Shown here: one piece after another, positions 9,423 to 19,660 of the stretch | Layout: every line of letters begins with the position of its first letter | Numbering within the stretch: the stretch's first letter is position 1 | Source of the DNA: Polyangiaceae bacterium | Lineage (GTDB): Bacteria > Myxococcota_A > Polyangia > Polyangiales > Polyangiaceae | Assembly (NCBI GenBank): GCA_035063585.1 | Contig: JAPSGB010000018.1 | Location: 1 to 64,000, forward strand | Length of the DNA stretch: 64,000 bases | Reading direction: 5' to 3' | Notes under the pieces: generated by a model | The model's input: only the letters and a program-made list of their open reading frames with translations | Told to the model about the DNA's origin: nothing | Databases searched by the model: none | Translations under genes and position numbers: made by a program

Positions 9423-10412
9423 TCACTTGCAGCAACGGACGCCGAGGCTGTAGTCGAAATACTGGCGCGGGTGCGCGGAGACGCTCGAGTCGCACCCCTC
9501 GCGGGTGCTCCGCGAGTAGAACCCGCCGAGGAACAGCCCGCGCTCGCTGTCGACCCACTCGTCGAGGTTGCCGACCATGTCGTAGATGGCGTCCTCGCCC
9601 CACTGGCTCCGGCAGTCGGGGGTCGCGCCGGTCGCGCGGAGGAGCCTGCGACCGCCGACCGCCACCAGGTTCAGCCGCGGATCGAGGTGACCCGTCGACG
9701 CGTTGCCGTGCAGCACCGCCGCCGGGTGGGCCTCGCGAAACACGTTGCACTTCCCTTGCTGATACGTGGCTCCATAAGGAAATTTGCGGCCCTGCTCGCC
9801 GCGGCAGGCCATCATCCACTCGTCGGGAGCGCAGAGCCGCTTGCCCGCCGCGCCGCAAGCGCGCGCCGCGGTCATCGCGTCGAGATAACCGTTCGGGGTG
9901 ACTCCCGCGCGCGAGGTAGCCTTCGGCTCCGGGTCGGAGGAGAGCTGCCACGCGGGCGGCGCCGGCACCGTCATCGAGCGCCCGGCCTCGGTCGGCTCGT
10001 CGCCGCGCCGCTTCTGCCAGAGCCCGTAGAGCTCGGCCGTCGCGCGGCGCGTCGGGTGATAGTAGGGCGAGAGCTCGCGACCGCTCCGGGCGTCCACCAG
10101 CGACGCCTCGTAGCGGTCGATACAGAAGCGCCCGCGGACGTCGACCATCTCGGGCGGACAGCGTGAGGGACCGCGCAGCCCCCAGGGCCCCGGCAGGAGC
10201 TCTTGGCCGGACGCCCGCGGCGGCGCGACGTCGCCGCCGTCGGGCAAGTAAAGGAGCCGCGGAGGCCCGGCCGGCTCGACCGCGACCGCGCTCACGCTCG
10301 CCCCGACGCGCGGCGCGCTCGCGTCCGCGTCGGCGCGCGGCTCGGTCCGCGAGCAGCCGAGGAGCGTGCCGAGGAGCACCAGCGCGGCGAGCCGACGCAT
10401 GCCGGCGATCAT
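9423..10412 (-). CDS. SUMF1/FGE-sulfatase domain lipoprotein
   Basis: Lipobox LLGC, CPPEMV, FCIDRYEA, GKRLC, EWMMAC, YDMVGNLDEWV, GVRCC. Confidence 0.85.
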   Translation of the reverse strand: MIAGMRRLAALVLLGTLLGCSRTEPRADADASAPRVGASVSAVAVEPAGPPRLLYLPDGGDVAPPRASGQELLPGPWGLRGPSRCPPEMVDVRGRFCIDRYEASLVDARSGRELSPYYHPTRRATAELYGLWQKRRGDEPTEAGRSMTVPAPPAWQLSSDPEPKATSRAGVTPNGYLDAMTAARACGAAGKRLCAPDEWMMACRGEQGRKFPYGATYQQGKCNVFREAHPAAVLHGNASTGHLDPRLNLVAVGGRRLLRATGATPDCRSQWGEDAIYDMVGNLDEWVDSERGLFLGGFYSRSTREGCDSSVSAHPRQYFDYSLGVRCCK

Positions 10413-10431
10413 CCCACGAGCGTGCGGCGAA

Positions 10432-10656
10432 TCAGGTTCGACCGCGGAAGACGATCAGCCCGTGGGTGAGATCGTACGGCGAGACCGCGACGCGCACCCG
10501 ATCTCCCGGCAGCACCCGGATGTGGTGGCGACGCATGCGACCCGAGAGCTGCGCGCGGACCAGCGCCCCGCCCTGGTCCACCTTGATGGTGTATTGACCA
10601 CCGCCGAGGGCGTCCTGAATCACGCCCTCCATCTCGAGAAGATCGCCTTTGCTCAT
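10432..10656 (-). CDS. infA: Translation initiation factor IF-1
   Basis: 74 aa MSKGDLLEMEG...LSGRMRRHHIRVLPGDRVRVAVSPYDLTHGLIVFR. Confidence 0.95.
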   Translation of the reverse strand: MSKGDLLEMEGVIQDALGGGQYTIKVDQGGALVRAQLSGRMRRHHIRVLPGDRVRVAVSPYDLTHGLIVFRGRT

Positions 10657-10890
10657 GAGGGAAGCCGCGCGGAACCTGGCACAGTCGCCCTCGTGATGCA
10701 AGCACGATGCCGGCCGCGGCGCCGCTCGGCCCGGGCGGCGCGAGTGAGGCGTCGCGCTCCGGACGCGGACCGGCCGGACGCTCGAGCGCCAGCGGGGGAC
10801 CGCGCTCGGTCGCCGGCCGCGACGGAGCGGCAGCCCTCGAGCAGATGGCGGTCGACGTCGGGCGCGCGCGAGGCTAACCCGTTGCCGAGC

Positions 10891-11580
10891 GTGTTTCCGG
10901 CGACGTTGTTCGATTATAATGGCGTGCTCGTCGACGACGAGGCGGTGCACCTCGCGGCATTTCGCGACGCGCTCTTACCCATCGGGCTCACGCTCGACGA
11001 GGAGCGATACTGGGAGCGCTACCTCGGCTTCGACGACGCGGGGGCGTTTCGAGCGATCCTACGCGACGCGGGGCGCCCGGCCGACGACGAGACCGTGCGC
11101 GCGCTCGTCGAGGCGAAGCAGCCGCTCTACCTCGAGCGAGCGCAGCGGGGGCTCGAGCCGTTCCCGGGCGCGGCGGAGCTGGTCCGCCGTCGCGCGCAGA
11201 GCGGGCCGGTGGTCGTGGTGAGCGGCGCGCTCCGCCACGAGATCCGACTCGGGCTCGAGCTGCTGGGCGTCGCGGACGCGGTGAGCGGCGTCGTGGCCGC
11301 CGAGGACACGCGCGAATCGAAGCCGGATCCGGAGGGTTATCGCCTCGGACTCGAGCGGCTCGCGGCGCTCGCGAGCCCCGAGGTCGCACGCCGCGCGCTG
11401 GTCATCGAGGACTCGCGCGCGGGCGTCGAGGCCGCCAAGGCCGCGGGCCTGGTCTGCCTGGCCGTGGCGCACACCTACGAGGCGGCCGAGCTCGAGGCGG
11501 CGGGCGCCGACGCGGTGGTCGGCGAGATCGCGCAAGTGACCGAAGATGTGCTCGAGGCGCTGTTCCAGAAGACGTCGTGA
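10891..11580 (+). CDS. HAD-superfamily phosphatase (CbbY/beta-PGM-like)
   Basis: LFDYNGVLVD, SKPDPEGY, VIEDSRAGVEAAKAAG; GTG start inferred. Confidence 0.85.
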   Translation: MFPATLFDYNGVLVDDEAVHLAAFRDALLPIGLTLDEERYWERYLGFDDAGAFRAILRDAGRPADDETVRALVEAKQPLYLERAQRGLEPFPGAAELVRRRAQSGPVVVVSGALRHEIRLGLELLGVADAVSGVVAAEDTRESKPDPEGYRLGLERLAALASPEVARRALVIEDSRAGVEAAKAAGLVCLAVAHTYEAAELEAAGADAVVGEIAQVTEDVLEALFQKTS

Positions 11581-12742
11581 GCGCGCGCTCGCCGCGCTCG
11601 CGACGCTCGGCCTCGCGCTCGTTTCGCTCGTTTCGCGCGGAGCGGGCGCTGCGCCGCTCACCGTGCTGCCCGGCGCGACCGGCTGGCGCGACGCCGGGCT
11701 CGGGGCCGTGCGCGGCGTCACGGTGGGCCCCATCGAGAACGCGCTCCACCCGGAGCGCGGCTACGGGAGCCCGGCCTGCGCGCGCACGCTCGGCGAGATC
11801 CGCGCGCTCGGAGGCACTTGGGTCAGCCTCACGCCGTTCGGGCGCGTGCAGGATCTCACGCCGTCCGGCGTGTCCTTGAGCTTCGAGGCGCCGTTCCAGA
11901 AGAACCGCGCGGACGTCATCCGCGCCGTCGCGCAGGCGCACGACGCGGGGCTGCGGGTGATGCTCGTCCCGCACCTGTGGGTGGAGAGCGGCGAGTGGCG
12001 CGCGCTCATCGACCCCGGGACCGACGCCGGCTGGCGCGCCTGGGCGGCGGGCTACCGCGACTTCCTGCTGAGCTGGGCGAAGGTCGCGAAGGAGAGCGGC
12101 GCGGACCTGCTCTCGCTGGGCGTCGAGCTCCGGAGCTGGGTGACGACGCCGCGCGCGCCGAGCTTCGTCGAGCTCATCCATGAGGTGCGCGCCATCTATC
12201 CGGGGCTCCTCACCTACGCCGCCAACTGGGACGACGTGAACCGCACCGTGATCCTCGGAGAGCTCGACGTCATCGGCGTGAACGCGTTCTTCCCGCTCGC
12301 CGAGCGGGAGGGCGCCTCGTTCGCGGAGCTCCAGGCGGGGGGCGCGCGCGTCGCCGCCGAGCTCGCGGAGGTCTCCGCGAGCTGGCAGAAGCCCATCTTG
12401 TTCACCGAGTTCGGGTACACCACGCGCGCGGACCCGGCGGTGAAGCCGTGGGAGTGGCCCGACCATCTCGAGCACGTGGTGGTCGACGAGGTGGCGCAGG
12501 CCGAGGCCTACGCCGCGCTCCTCGGCGCGTTCCAGGACGAGCCGTGGTTCGCCGGCTTCTTCGTCTGGCGCGTGTACGCCGATCCGGACGACGTCTCGCA
12601 AGAGGCGGAGTGGGGGTTCTCGCCGCGCGGCAAGCTCGCCGAGCGCGTGCTCGCCGACGCCTTCGCGAGCCACTGGGCGGCGGACGGACCGCGTCCGCCA
12701 GGCGGCGGCGTGCTCACGCCGTCGGCGTGGCTCGCGCGCTGA
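11546..12742 (+). CDS. Secreted glycoside hydrolase, GH113-like TIM barrel
   Basis: GLRVMLVPHLW, LSLGVEL, LTYAANWD, IGVNAFFPL, KPILFTEFGY, GFFVW, FSPRGKLAE; start uncertain. Confidence 0.75.
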   Translation: MCSRRCSRRRRERALAALATLGLALVSLVSRGAGAAPLTVLPGATGWRDAGLGAVRGVTVGPIENALHPERGYGSPACARTLGEIRALGGTWVSLTPFGRVQDLTPSGVSLSFEAPFQKNRADVIRAVAQAHDAGLRVMLVPHLWVESGEWRALIDPGTDAGWRAWAAGYRDFLLSWAKVAKESGADLLSLGVELRSWVTTPRAPSFVELIHEVRAIYPGLLTYAANWDDVNRTVILGELDVIGVNAFFPLAEREGASFAELQAGGARVAAELAEVSASWQKPILFTEFGYTTRADPAVKPWEWPDHLEHVVVDEVAQAEAYAALLGAFQDEPWFAGFFVWRVYADPDDVSQEAEWGFSPRGKLAERVLADAFASHWAADGPRPPGGGVLTPSAWLAR

Positions 12743-12774
12743 GCGCGGCTTTACACGCGGCGCCGGCTGCCAAG

Positions 12775-15045
12775 CTAGTACGCGTCCGGCGCGGCGCGGA
12801 GCCCGCGCGGGAGCTCGAGGGACAGCTCCGGGATCGCGCCGGCGCCTCCCTCGAGGAACGCGTAGCGCGCCATGTTACCGACCACGCGACAGACGTAGCC
12901 GCGCGTCTCGGAGAACGGGATCCGCGCCACCCAGACGTCGAGTGGCAGGTGCTCGCCGCTCGCGAGCCACTGCGACACCGCGTGCGGCCCGGCGTTGTAG
13001 GCGGCGGCCGCCAGCGCCGCGTTGCCGCCGAACGTCTTCAGCACCTTGCCGAGGTAGTACGAGCCGAGCCGGATGTTGTAGGGCGGGCTCTCGAGGAGGA
13101 GCGGCTCGAAGGGCACCTCGAGCTCACTCGCGGCCTGCCGCGCGGTGGCCGGCATCAGCTGCAAGAGTCCCACCGCCTGGGCCGGAGACACCACGTCAGG
13201 TGAAAACGCGCTCTCCTGACGCATGATCGCGTAGACGATGTGCTCGGGGAGCTCCCACTCCTTCTCGGCCTCGCGCACCGCGGGCGCGTAGGGCCGGGGA
13301 TAGACGCAGTCCCACTTCCAGCGCGTGCCCGCCGACGGCGCGCTCTCGAGGTCCGCCCAGCCGATCGCGCGCTGCCCCGCGCGATAGCGCCGCGCCGCGA
13401 GGCTCAGCTTGCCGTAGGCCTCGCACACCGCCTCCTCACCGCGCTCGCCGTGCTCGCGGCGAAGCTCGGGCTCGAAGCCGATGAGCGCATCCTCCGCCTC
13501 GCCGTCGAGGCCGAGGCTCGAGAGCACCGCGACCTTGGGGGGCAGCGCGATCTCGAGCGGCGCGCGCGCCGCGGCGCCGGGCGGCGGCGCGATGGGCGGC
13601 GGCGCGGGCTCGCCGAGCGCCGACAGCCGCGCCGCGCTCGCGAGCGCCGGGAACGAGAGCGGCGACTCTTCGATGACCTGACGGAAGCGCGTCGCGGCGT
13701 CCCGCTGCTTCCCCGCGCCCATCAGCGCGACGCCCTCGAGCTCGCGGTAGCGCGGGGCCAGGTTGCGGTCGCGCGTGGTCTTCACCAGCGACGCGAACGC
13801 GCGCGCGGCCTCGGTGGCTCGCTCGCCGGCGAGCCAGGCGACCGCGCGCTCGTACTCGGCCGAGCGCGCGTAGCGCCCCTTGCCTCGGTATCGCTCGAGA
13901 TATTCGGCGTAGCCGCTCGCAGCCTGCTTCCAGTGCCCCAGGATGAAGTGCAGGCGCGCGGCGAGATAGCGCGCGGACTCGGCGTGCGCGGTCTTCGGGA
14001 AGCGGCGCGCGAGGTTCTCGTACTCCTTGATGGCCCGCTCGTCTTGCATCGCGCGCGACCAGGAGCGCGCGGCGTAGAAGAGCTCCCCGGCAGGGTCGCT
14101 GGGGTTTGTCTGCGCGGCGCGGGAAAAGAGCTGCGCGGCCTCCTTCGGCTCGACGCGCGCTCGGTACCGCGCGAGCGCGCGCAGGTGCAGGAGCTCGCCC
14201 GCCCTCGCAGGCGTCTTCGGGAGCTTGCCGAGCGCCTCCGCTTCGGCGTCGGTGTCCGCGACGCGACCAGCCTCCGCGAGCGCGCGCGCGCGCACCAAGC
14301 GCTCCGCGGGGCCGAGCGTGACGCGCGCGGCGACCTCGGCGGCTTCCGGGGTCGTCGGCGCGCTGACGGCGATCCAGCGCCGGTCACGCTCGGCCAGCTT
14401 CAGGTCGCCGGCCGCCTCGGCGAGCCGCGCCCGGAGCGCGCGCGCGCGCGCTCCTCGAGCGAGGGACGGGCGCTTGGCGCGGGCGAGCGCCTGGAGCGCG
14501 CGATCGACCGCGCGGCGCGCCGGGTCGCGCTCACCCGCGCGCTCATGGGCGGTCGCGGCGTCGAGCGCGGCGTCGACGCCGGGCTGCGCGTCGAACCAGG
14601 CCGCGGCCGCCGTGAACGGGCCGGCCTCGAGCTCGGACTCGGCGCGGTGGCGCGCGATCTCGCTCGCGAGCACCGGGAGCTTCGTCTCGAGCTCGCTCAA
14701 GAGCTCGACCGCGCGCTCATGCTCGCCGAGCCGAGCCGCGACGCGGGCGCGGGCGTACCTCACGCCCGGCGCGTTTCGCGACGCCTCGGGGAGCGCATCG
14801 ATGAGGGTCGCCGCCTCTTCCCAGCGCTCCATGCGGAGCGCCTCGGCCCACGCGCCTCCGACCGGCGGCGCGTCGGCCACCGCCGGCGCGCTCGCGCTCG
14901 AGGCGACCGCGCTCGGAGCGGCCTTCATCGCCTTGGCGGCGGGCGGCGTGCTCTGCGGCCCCGCCTCCCCGGCCCCGGCCGGCGAGCTCCGCGCGCAGGC
15001 CCCCGCGAAGAGCACCCACACGCCGACCGCACGAAGCGCCCGCAT
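12775..15045 (-). CDS. TPR-containing soluble lytic transglycosylase
   Basis: C-terminal SLT motifs AIMRQESAF, AVGLLQLMPATA, AAYNAG, ETRGYV; helical repeat N-terminus. Confidence 0.9.
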   Translation of the reverse strand: MRALRAVGVWVLFAGACARSSPAGAGEAGPQSTPPAAKAMKAAPSAVASSASAPAVADAPPVGGAWAEALRMERWEEAATLIDALPEASRNAPGVRYARARVAARLGEHERAVELLSELETKLPVLASEIARHRAESELEAGPFTAAAAWFDAQPGVDAALDAATAHERAGERDPARRAVDRALQALARAKRPSLARGARARALRARLAEAAGDLKLAERDRRWIAVSAPTTPEAAEVAARVTLGPAERLVRARALAEAGRVADTDAEAEALGKLPKTPARAGELLHLRALARYRARVEPKEAAQLFSRAAQTNPSDPAGELFYAARSWSRAMQDERAIKEYENLARRFPKTAHAESARYLAARLHFILGHWKQAASGYAEYLERYRGKGRYARSAEYERAVAWLAGERATEAARAFASLVKTTRDRNLAPRYRELEGVALMGAGKQRDAATRFRQVIEESPLSFPALASAARLSALGEPAPPPIAPPPGAAARAPLEIALPPKVAVLSSLGLDGEAEDALIGFEPELRREHGERGEEAVCEAYGKLSLAARRYRAGQRAIGWADLESAPSAGTRWKWDCVYPRPYAPAVREAEKEWELPEHIVYAIMRQESAFSPDVVSPAQAVGLLQLMPATARQAASELEVPFEPLLLESPPYNIRLGSYYLGKVLKTFGGNAALAAAAYNAGPHAVSQWLASGEHLPLDVWVARIPFSETRGYVCRVVGNMARYAFLEGGAGAIPELSLELPRGLRAAPDAY

Positions 15046-15106
15046 ACTAGGTTCCCTAGCATGCGGCGCGCCCGCGGCTGAAATCTCCGGCGCAAGCGCC
15101 GGGCGG

Positions 15107-15661
15107 TCAGAACCCCCAGGAGTACTCGACGCGAAACATTCCGGTCAGATACGGCGTGTCGGCGAGGCTGGTCGGAGCGTCGCGCAAGAACCCGTGATAG
15201 CGGAGCTCCGCCCCCAGGCCGAGGTCGCGCGAGAACGCGTAGTCGATGCCGAGCCCGAACGAGGCGCCGACGTCGTTCGCGTGGCGGCCGCCAGGCGCGG
15301 GGCCATCGATACGGTAGTAGCCGAGCTGGAGGTCGGCCCAGGGGACCCATTCGATGACGTCGAGCTTGTAGGCGAGCCCCGCGCTCGCCGAGCTGACCCA
15401 CGTCCCCTCGGACGCACCCGAGAAGGCGAGCCGCGACGCGGTGAGCTGAGCCCGCAGGTCGAACAGGTCACTCAGCCCGTAGCCGGCGTAGGCGCCAACG
15501 GCCGGCCCGACCGCGCTGCTCGGGCTCGAGAAGGCGCCGCCCCCGATGGTCGCGCCGACGTGCCACTGCCGCTCGAAGGCGCGCGCGGGGCGGCTCGCGA
15601 GCGCCGCGAGGGCGAGCGCGACGAGTCCGGCGGCGAGCCGGGGAGCCGTCCGGACGAGCAT
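15107..15661 (-). CDS. Outer-membrane beta-barrel protein
   Basis: Signal peptide (ARA-F), alternating beta strands, C-terminal VEYSWGF. Confidence 0.7.
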   Translation of the reverse strand: MLVRTAPRLAAGLVALALAALASRPARAFERQWHVGATIGGGAFSSPSSAVGPAVGAYAGYGLSDLFDLRAQLTASRLAFSGASEGTWVSSASAGLAYKLDVIEWVPWADLQLGYYRIDGPAPGGRHANDVGASFGLGIDYAFSRDLGLGAELRYHGFLRDAPTSLADTPYLTGMFRVEYSWGF

Positions 15662-15748
15662 GGCCCCCGTGTCTACTACGTTCCCTGGCGGCCCGCGCCC
15701 CATCCGGTGGATCGTTCCTATATTATCGTCTCCGACGATATATGAGCG

Positions 15749-16081
15749 TCAGGCGCGCCGGCGCCCGGCGCGGATCTGGGCGAGCTCCCAGCGCCCGACC
15801 GCGTTGCGGAGCTGCTGGAGTCGGCCCGGGCTGAGCCCCGGGTCGGGGAGCACGCGCGGGCGCGCGTCCTCCGCGACGCAGCGCACGCGCGCCTTCGGCA
15901 CCGGTGGGCGACCGAGCACGTCTTCGAGGTCCGCGAGCAGGCGCGGCGGCAGGCGTCCGCGACGAACGGTCACCTTACCGTCACGGACCTCGAGCACGAA
16001 CAGCTCCGTGGAGGCCCGGATGGCGGCGACGAGCGGCAGCGAGAGGAGCGCGAGGATGGCGAAGCCGACGACGATCCACAT
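15749..16081 (-). CDS. Small membrane-anchored protein (DUF3634-like)
   Basis: N-terminal TM then ELFVLEVRDGKV...RGRLPPRLL...QQLRNAVG. Confidence 0.6.
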   Translation of the reverse strand: MWIVVGFAILALLSLPLVAAIRASTELFVLEVRDGKVTVRRGRLPPRLLADLEDVLGRPPVPKARVRCVAEDARPRVLPDPGLSPGRLQQLRNAVGRWELAQIRAGRRRA

Positions 16082-16225
16082 GATGACGAGCGCGCGCGAG
16101 CGCGACCGCGAGAGGCTACACCCAGACGCGCGGCGCGTCCCGTGCCGCGCCAGGTTCCGCGCCGAACCGGCAAAACCCATCGACGCTTGACCGCGCACGC
16201 GCCGGCTGCCAAGACCGCGAGGATC

Positions 16226-17392
16226 GTGAACGCCTCGGAGCTGCCCGCCGACCCGCTGCCGCGCCGCTTTGGCCGGTACGTGCTCTTCGACAAGATCGGC
16301 GAGGGTGGGATGGCGCGCATCTACCTCGGGCGCACCAAGACCGAGCTCGGCGGCGACAAGCTCGCGGTCGTAAAACAGATCTTGCCGCTCCTCGCCGGCA
16401 GCCCGGACTTCGCGCGCCTCCTGGTCGACGAAGCGAAGCTCGCCGCGCAGCTCTCGCACGGCAACGTGGTGCAGGTCGCCGACCTCGGGCGAGAGGACGA
16501 CACGCTCTATATCGCGATGGAGTACGTCGAGGGGTTCGACCTCCGCGAGCTGCTCCGCCAGTGTTCTCGCACCGCGACGCCGCTGCCCATCGAGTTCTCG
16601 CTCCTCATCATCATCGAGACGCTCCGCGCGCTCGACTACGCGCATCGGAAGAAGGACGAGGCGGGTCAGCCGCTCGGCATCGTGCACCGCGACGTCTCGC
16701 CCTCGAACGTGCTCGTGAGCTTCGACGGCGAGGTGAAGCTCTGCGATTTCGGGATCGCGCGCGCGATGGGGGTGAGCGGGGACGTGCCCGAAGAGGCCAT
16801 CCAAGGGAAAGCCGGCTACATGAGCCCCGAGGCCGCGCGCGGGGAGCCGCTCGATGGGCGCTCGGACGTCTTCGCGGCGGGCGTCATCTCGTGGGAGCTG
16901 ATCGCGGGGCGTCGCCTATACAAGGGAGAGGGCGGGCGCGGGCCGTCGCTCGAGCAGGCGCGCGCCGCGGTGATCCCCGAGCTCCCCTCACGCGGCTACG
17001 CGAACGAGGCGGAGCTCCACGCCATCGTGATGAAGTCTCTCGCCCGCGAGCGGGACGAGCGCTATCCGAGCGCGCAGGCGATGCTCCGCGAGCTGGAAGG
17101 GTACGTCGCCGGAGCCGGGCTCGTGGCGAGCCCGCTACGGCTGGGCGAGTGGCTGGTCGACCACTTCGGCGCCGAGATCCTCGAGCGGCGGAGCGCGCAC
17201 GAGCGCGCCGCGCGCGCGGTGGACGCCGAGGGCGCCGAAGTCGCCAAGCCCCCGCCCCCCAGCGTCACACCGCCGGCGGCGCTCACCGCCGGGGCGCCGT
17301 CCGGCGCGCCGGCCCCGAAGCGGCGCGGGTGGGTGCCGTTGGTCGCGCTCCTCGCGGTCGCGCTGGTCGTGCTCGCGTGGCTCATGAAGTAG
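16226..17392 (+). CDS. Ser/Thr protein kinase (Hanks type) with C-terminal TM
   Basis: IGEGGMA, VVK, HRDVSPSN, DFG, GYMSPE, SDVFAAG motifs. Confidence 0.93.
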   Translation: MNASELPADPLPRRFGRYVLFDKIGEGGMARIYLGRTKTELGGDKLAVVKQILPLLAGSPDFARLLVDEAKLAAQLSHGNVVQVADLGREDDTLYIAMEYVEGFDLRELLRQCSRTATPLPIEFSLLIIIETLRALDYAHRKKDEAGQPLGIVHRDVSPSNVLVSFDGEVKLCDFGIARAMGVSGDVPEEAIQGKAGYMSPEAARGEPLDGRSDVFAAGVISWELIAGRRLYKGEGGRGPSLEQARAAVIPELPSRGYANEAELHAIVMKSLARERDERYPSAQAMLRELEGYVAGAGLVASPLRLGEWLVDHFGAEILERRSAHERAARAVDAEGAEVAKPPPPSVTPPAALTAGAPSGAPAPKRRGWVPLVALLAVALVVLAWLMK

Positions 17393-17395
17393 CCC

Positions 17396-19633
17396 GTGCG
17401 GTTCGTTCGCGTCGCGGTTCCCGTGCCGCTCGGCCAGGGCTTCACCTACTCGGTACCCGAGGAGCACGCGGCACGCGCGCAGCGCGGCGCTCGCGTGCTG
17501 GTGGAGTTCGGCCGGCGCCGGGTGCTCGGCGTGGTGATGGGCTCGTCGGAGGAGACGGACCTCCCGCTCGAGCGCGTGAAGCCCATCCAGGCGGTGGTGG
17601 ACGACGAACCGGTGATCCCGGGCGAGCTGGTGGATTTCCTCGTCGAGCTCGCGCGCTACTACCTCGCGCCGATCGGCGAGGTGGTGCGCCTCGCGCTCCC
17701 CGCGGTGGAGCGCGCCGCCGCGGAAGCGCTCGACGAGCAGGGGCTGCTCGAGGGCGCGCGGGTAGCGACCGTCGGGCGGATGGTGCAGGTCGCGCGCGCG
17801 ATCGGCGAGGCGCCGCCCGAGCTGCGCGGCCAAGCGAGCGCGGTCTTCGAGCACCTCCGCGCGCTCGGCCCGACCCCACTCGCCGCGCTCGAGGAGCGGT
17901 GGGGAAACGCGCGCGACGCCGTGCGGCGCTTGGCGAGAGCGGGCGCGGTGGTCGTCGAGCGGGTGAGCCAAGCCGTCGATCCGTTCTTCGAGGAGCCCGC
18001 CGCGCGCGACGCGGCGCCGGCGCTCACGCCGGCCCAGGCAGCGGCGCTCGGCGCGGTGGTGGCCGCGCTCGACGCGGGCGTGGCGCGCGCGTTCCTGCTG
18101 CACGGCGTGACGGCCTCCGGCAAGACGGAGGTCTACCTCGGCGCGGTCGGCCGGGTGCTCGAGAGCGGCGGTGGCGCCATCGTGCTGGTGCCCGAGATCG
18201 CGCTCACGCCCCAGCTCGTGGCGCGCTTCCGCGCGCGCCTCGGTGAGGGCATCGCGGTCCTGCACAGCGGGCTCTCCGACCGAGATCGCTATTCCATGTG
18301 GAAGCGGCTCCGCTCCGGAGAGCTGCGGGTCGCGGTGGGCGCGCGATCGGCGCTCTTCGCGCCGGTGCGCGAGCTCCGCCTCATCTGCGTGGATGAGGAG
18401 CACGACGGCTCGTTCAAGCAGGAGGAGGGTGTGCGCTACAGCGGGCGGGACATGGCGCTCCTCCGCGCGCACCGCGCCGGGGCGGTGTGCGTCCTCGGCA
18501 GCGCCACGCCGTCGGTGGCGAGCGAGGCGGCGGTGCGCGCGGGGAGGCTCGAGCGGCTCCGACTCCCGGCGCGCGCGCGGGCGGCCACCCGGCTCCCCGA
18601 GGTGGAGGTGGTCGACTTGCGCCGCACCGGGCCCGGCCCGAGCGGGCACCGACTCATCAGCTTGCCGCTCCACCGCGCGCTCGAGCGCACGCTCGAGGCG
18701 CACGGACAGGCGATCCTCTTCTTGAACCGCCGCGGATTCGCGCCGAGCGTGGTCTGCGAGGGGTGCGGCGAAATCGCCGGTTGCCCGAGCTGCTCGGTCG
18801 CGCTCACCCTGCACCGCGAGCGCGGCGGGCGGCTCACCTGTCACTACTGCGACTACTCGACCAAGCTCCCCGAAGCCTGCCCGAAGTGCGGCTCGAGCCG
18901 GCTCGCGCTCGAGGGAGCCGGGACCGAGCGCATCGAGGAGCTCCTCGCGACGAGCTTTCCGAGCGCGCGGGTCGCGCGGCTCGATCGCGACGTCGCGGCC
19001 GGCCTGAAGAGCGCGCGCGTCCTCGAGCGGATGCGACGCGGCGAGCTCGACATCCTGGTCGGCACCCAAATGGTCACCAAGGGGCACGATCTGCCCGAGG
19101 TCACCCTGGTCGGCGTGCTCAACGCCGACGCCGCGCTCGGCTTGCCGGATTTCCGCGCGGCGGAGCGGACGTTCCAGCTGCTCGTCCAGGTCGCCGGGCG
19201 CGCCGGCCGCGGCGACGCCCCGGGCAAGGTCATCATCCAGACCTGGGATCCGGAGCACCCCGCGATCCGCGCGAGCGTCCGCCACGACGTGGACGGCTTC
19301 GTGGAGCGAGAACTCCGCGACCGCGAGGAGCTCGGCTACCCGCCGTTCTCACGCATGGCGCTGGTGCGCGTCGAAGGCACGGACGAGCGCCGCGCGGAGG
19401 CGGAGGCACGGCGCCTAGCGGCGGTCGCGCGGCGCGCCGCGACCCCGGGCGTGCTGGTGGTCGGGCCGGCGGCCGCGCCGCTCGCCAAGCTCCGCAGCCG
19501 CTACCGGTTCCGGTTCATGGTGCGGAGCGCCGAGCGCGCGCCGCTCCGGCAGACGCTGCTCGCGGTCGCGCGCGCACCCTTCGATCGCCGGATCCACGTC
19601 GTCATCGACGTGGATCCGGTGAGCATGCTGTGA
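17396..19633 (+). CDS. priA: Primosomal protein N' (replication restart helicase)
   Basis: HGVTASGKTEVY, VPEIALTPQ, DEEHDGSFKQ, LNRRGF, Zn-finger Cys pairs, GTQMVTKGHD, QVAGRAGR, DVDPVSML. Confidence 0.97.
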   Translation: MRFVRVAVPVPLGQGFTYSVPEEHAARAQRGARVLVEFGRRRVLGVVMGSSEETDLPLERVKPIQAVVDDEPVIPGELVDFLVELARYYLAPIGEVVRLALPAVERAAAEALDEQGLLEGARVATVGRMVQVARAIGEAPPELRGQASAVFEHLRALGPTPLAALEERWGNARDAVRRLARAGAVVVERVSQAVDPFFEEPAARDAAPALTPAQAAALGAVVAALDAGVARAFLLHGVTASGKTEVYLGAVGRVLESGGGAIVLVPEIALTPQLVARFRARLGEGIAVLHSGLSDRDRYSMWKRLRSGELRVAVGARSALFAPVRELRLICVDEEHDGSFKQEEGVRYSGRDMALLRAHRAGAVCVLGSATPSVASEAAVRAGRLERLRLPARARAATRLPEVEVVDLRRTGPGPSGHRLISLPLHRALERTLEAHGQAILFLNRRGFAPSVVCEGCGEIAGCPSCSVALTLHRERGGRLTCHYCDYSTKLPEACPKCGSSRLALEGAGTERIEELLATSFPSARVARLDRDVAAGLKSARVLERMRRGELDILVGTQMVTKGHDLPEVTLVGVLNADAALGLPDFRAAERTFQLLVQVAGRAGRGDAPGKVIIQTWDPEHPAIRASVRHDVDGFVERELRDREELGYPPFSRMALVRVEGTDERRAEAEARRLAAVARRAATPGVLVVGPAAAPLAKLRSRYRFRFMVRSAERAPLRQTLLAVARAPFDRRIHVVIDVDPVSML

Positions 19634-19660
19634 CGCGCGGCTCCGGAGCCGTCGGCAGCG

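Noticed and set aside
10891..10930. HAD motif I reads DYNG instead of DxDG
   Set aside because: The nucleophilic Asp is present and the other motifs are intact; no sign of pseudogenisation.
11546..11600. Possible frameshift at the GH113-like gene start (a GTG at 11577 overlapping the HAD stop is out of frame)
   Set aside because: An in-frame ATG at 11546 gives a plausible signal peptide; this cannot be decided without reads or homologs.
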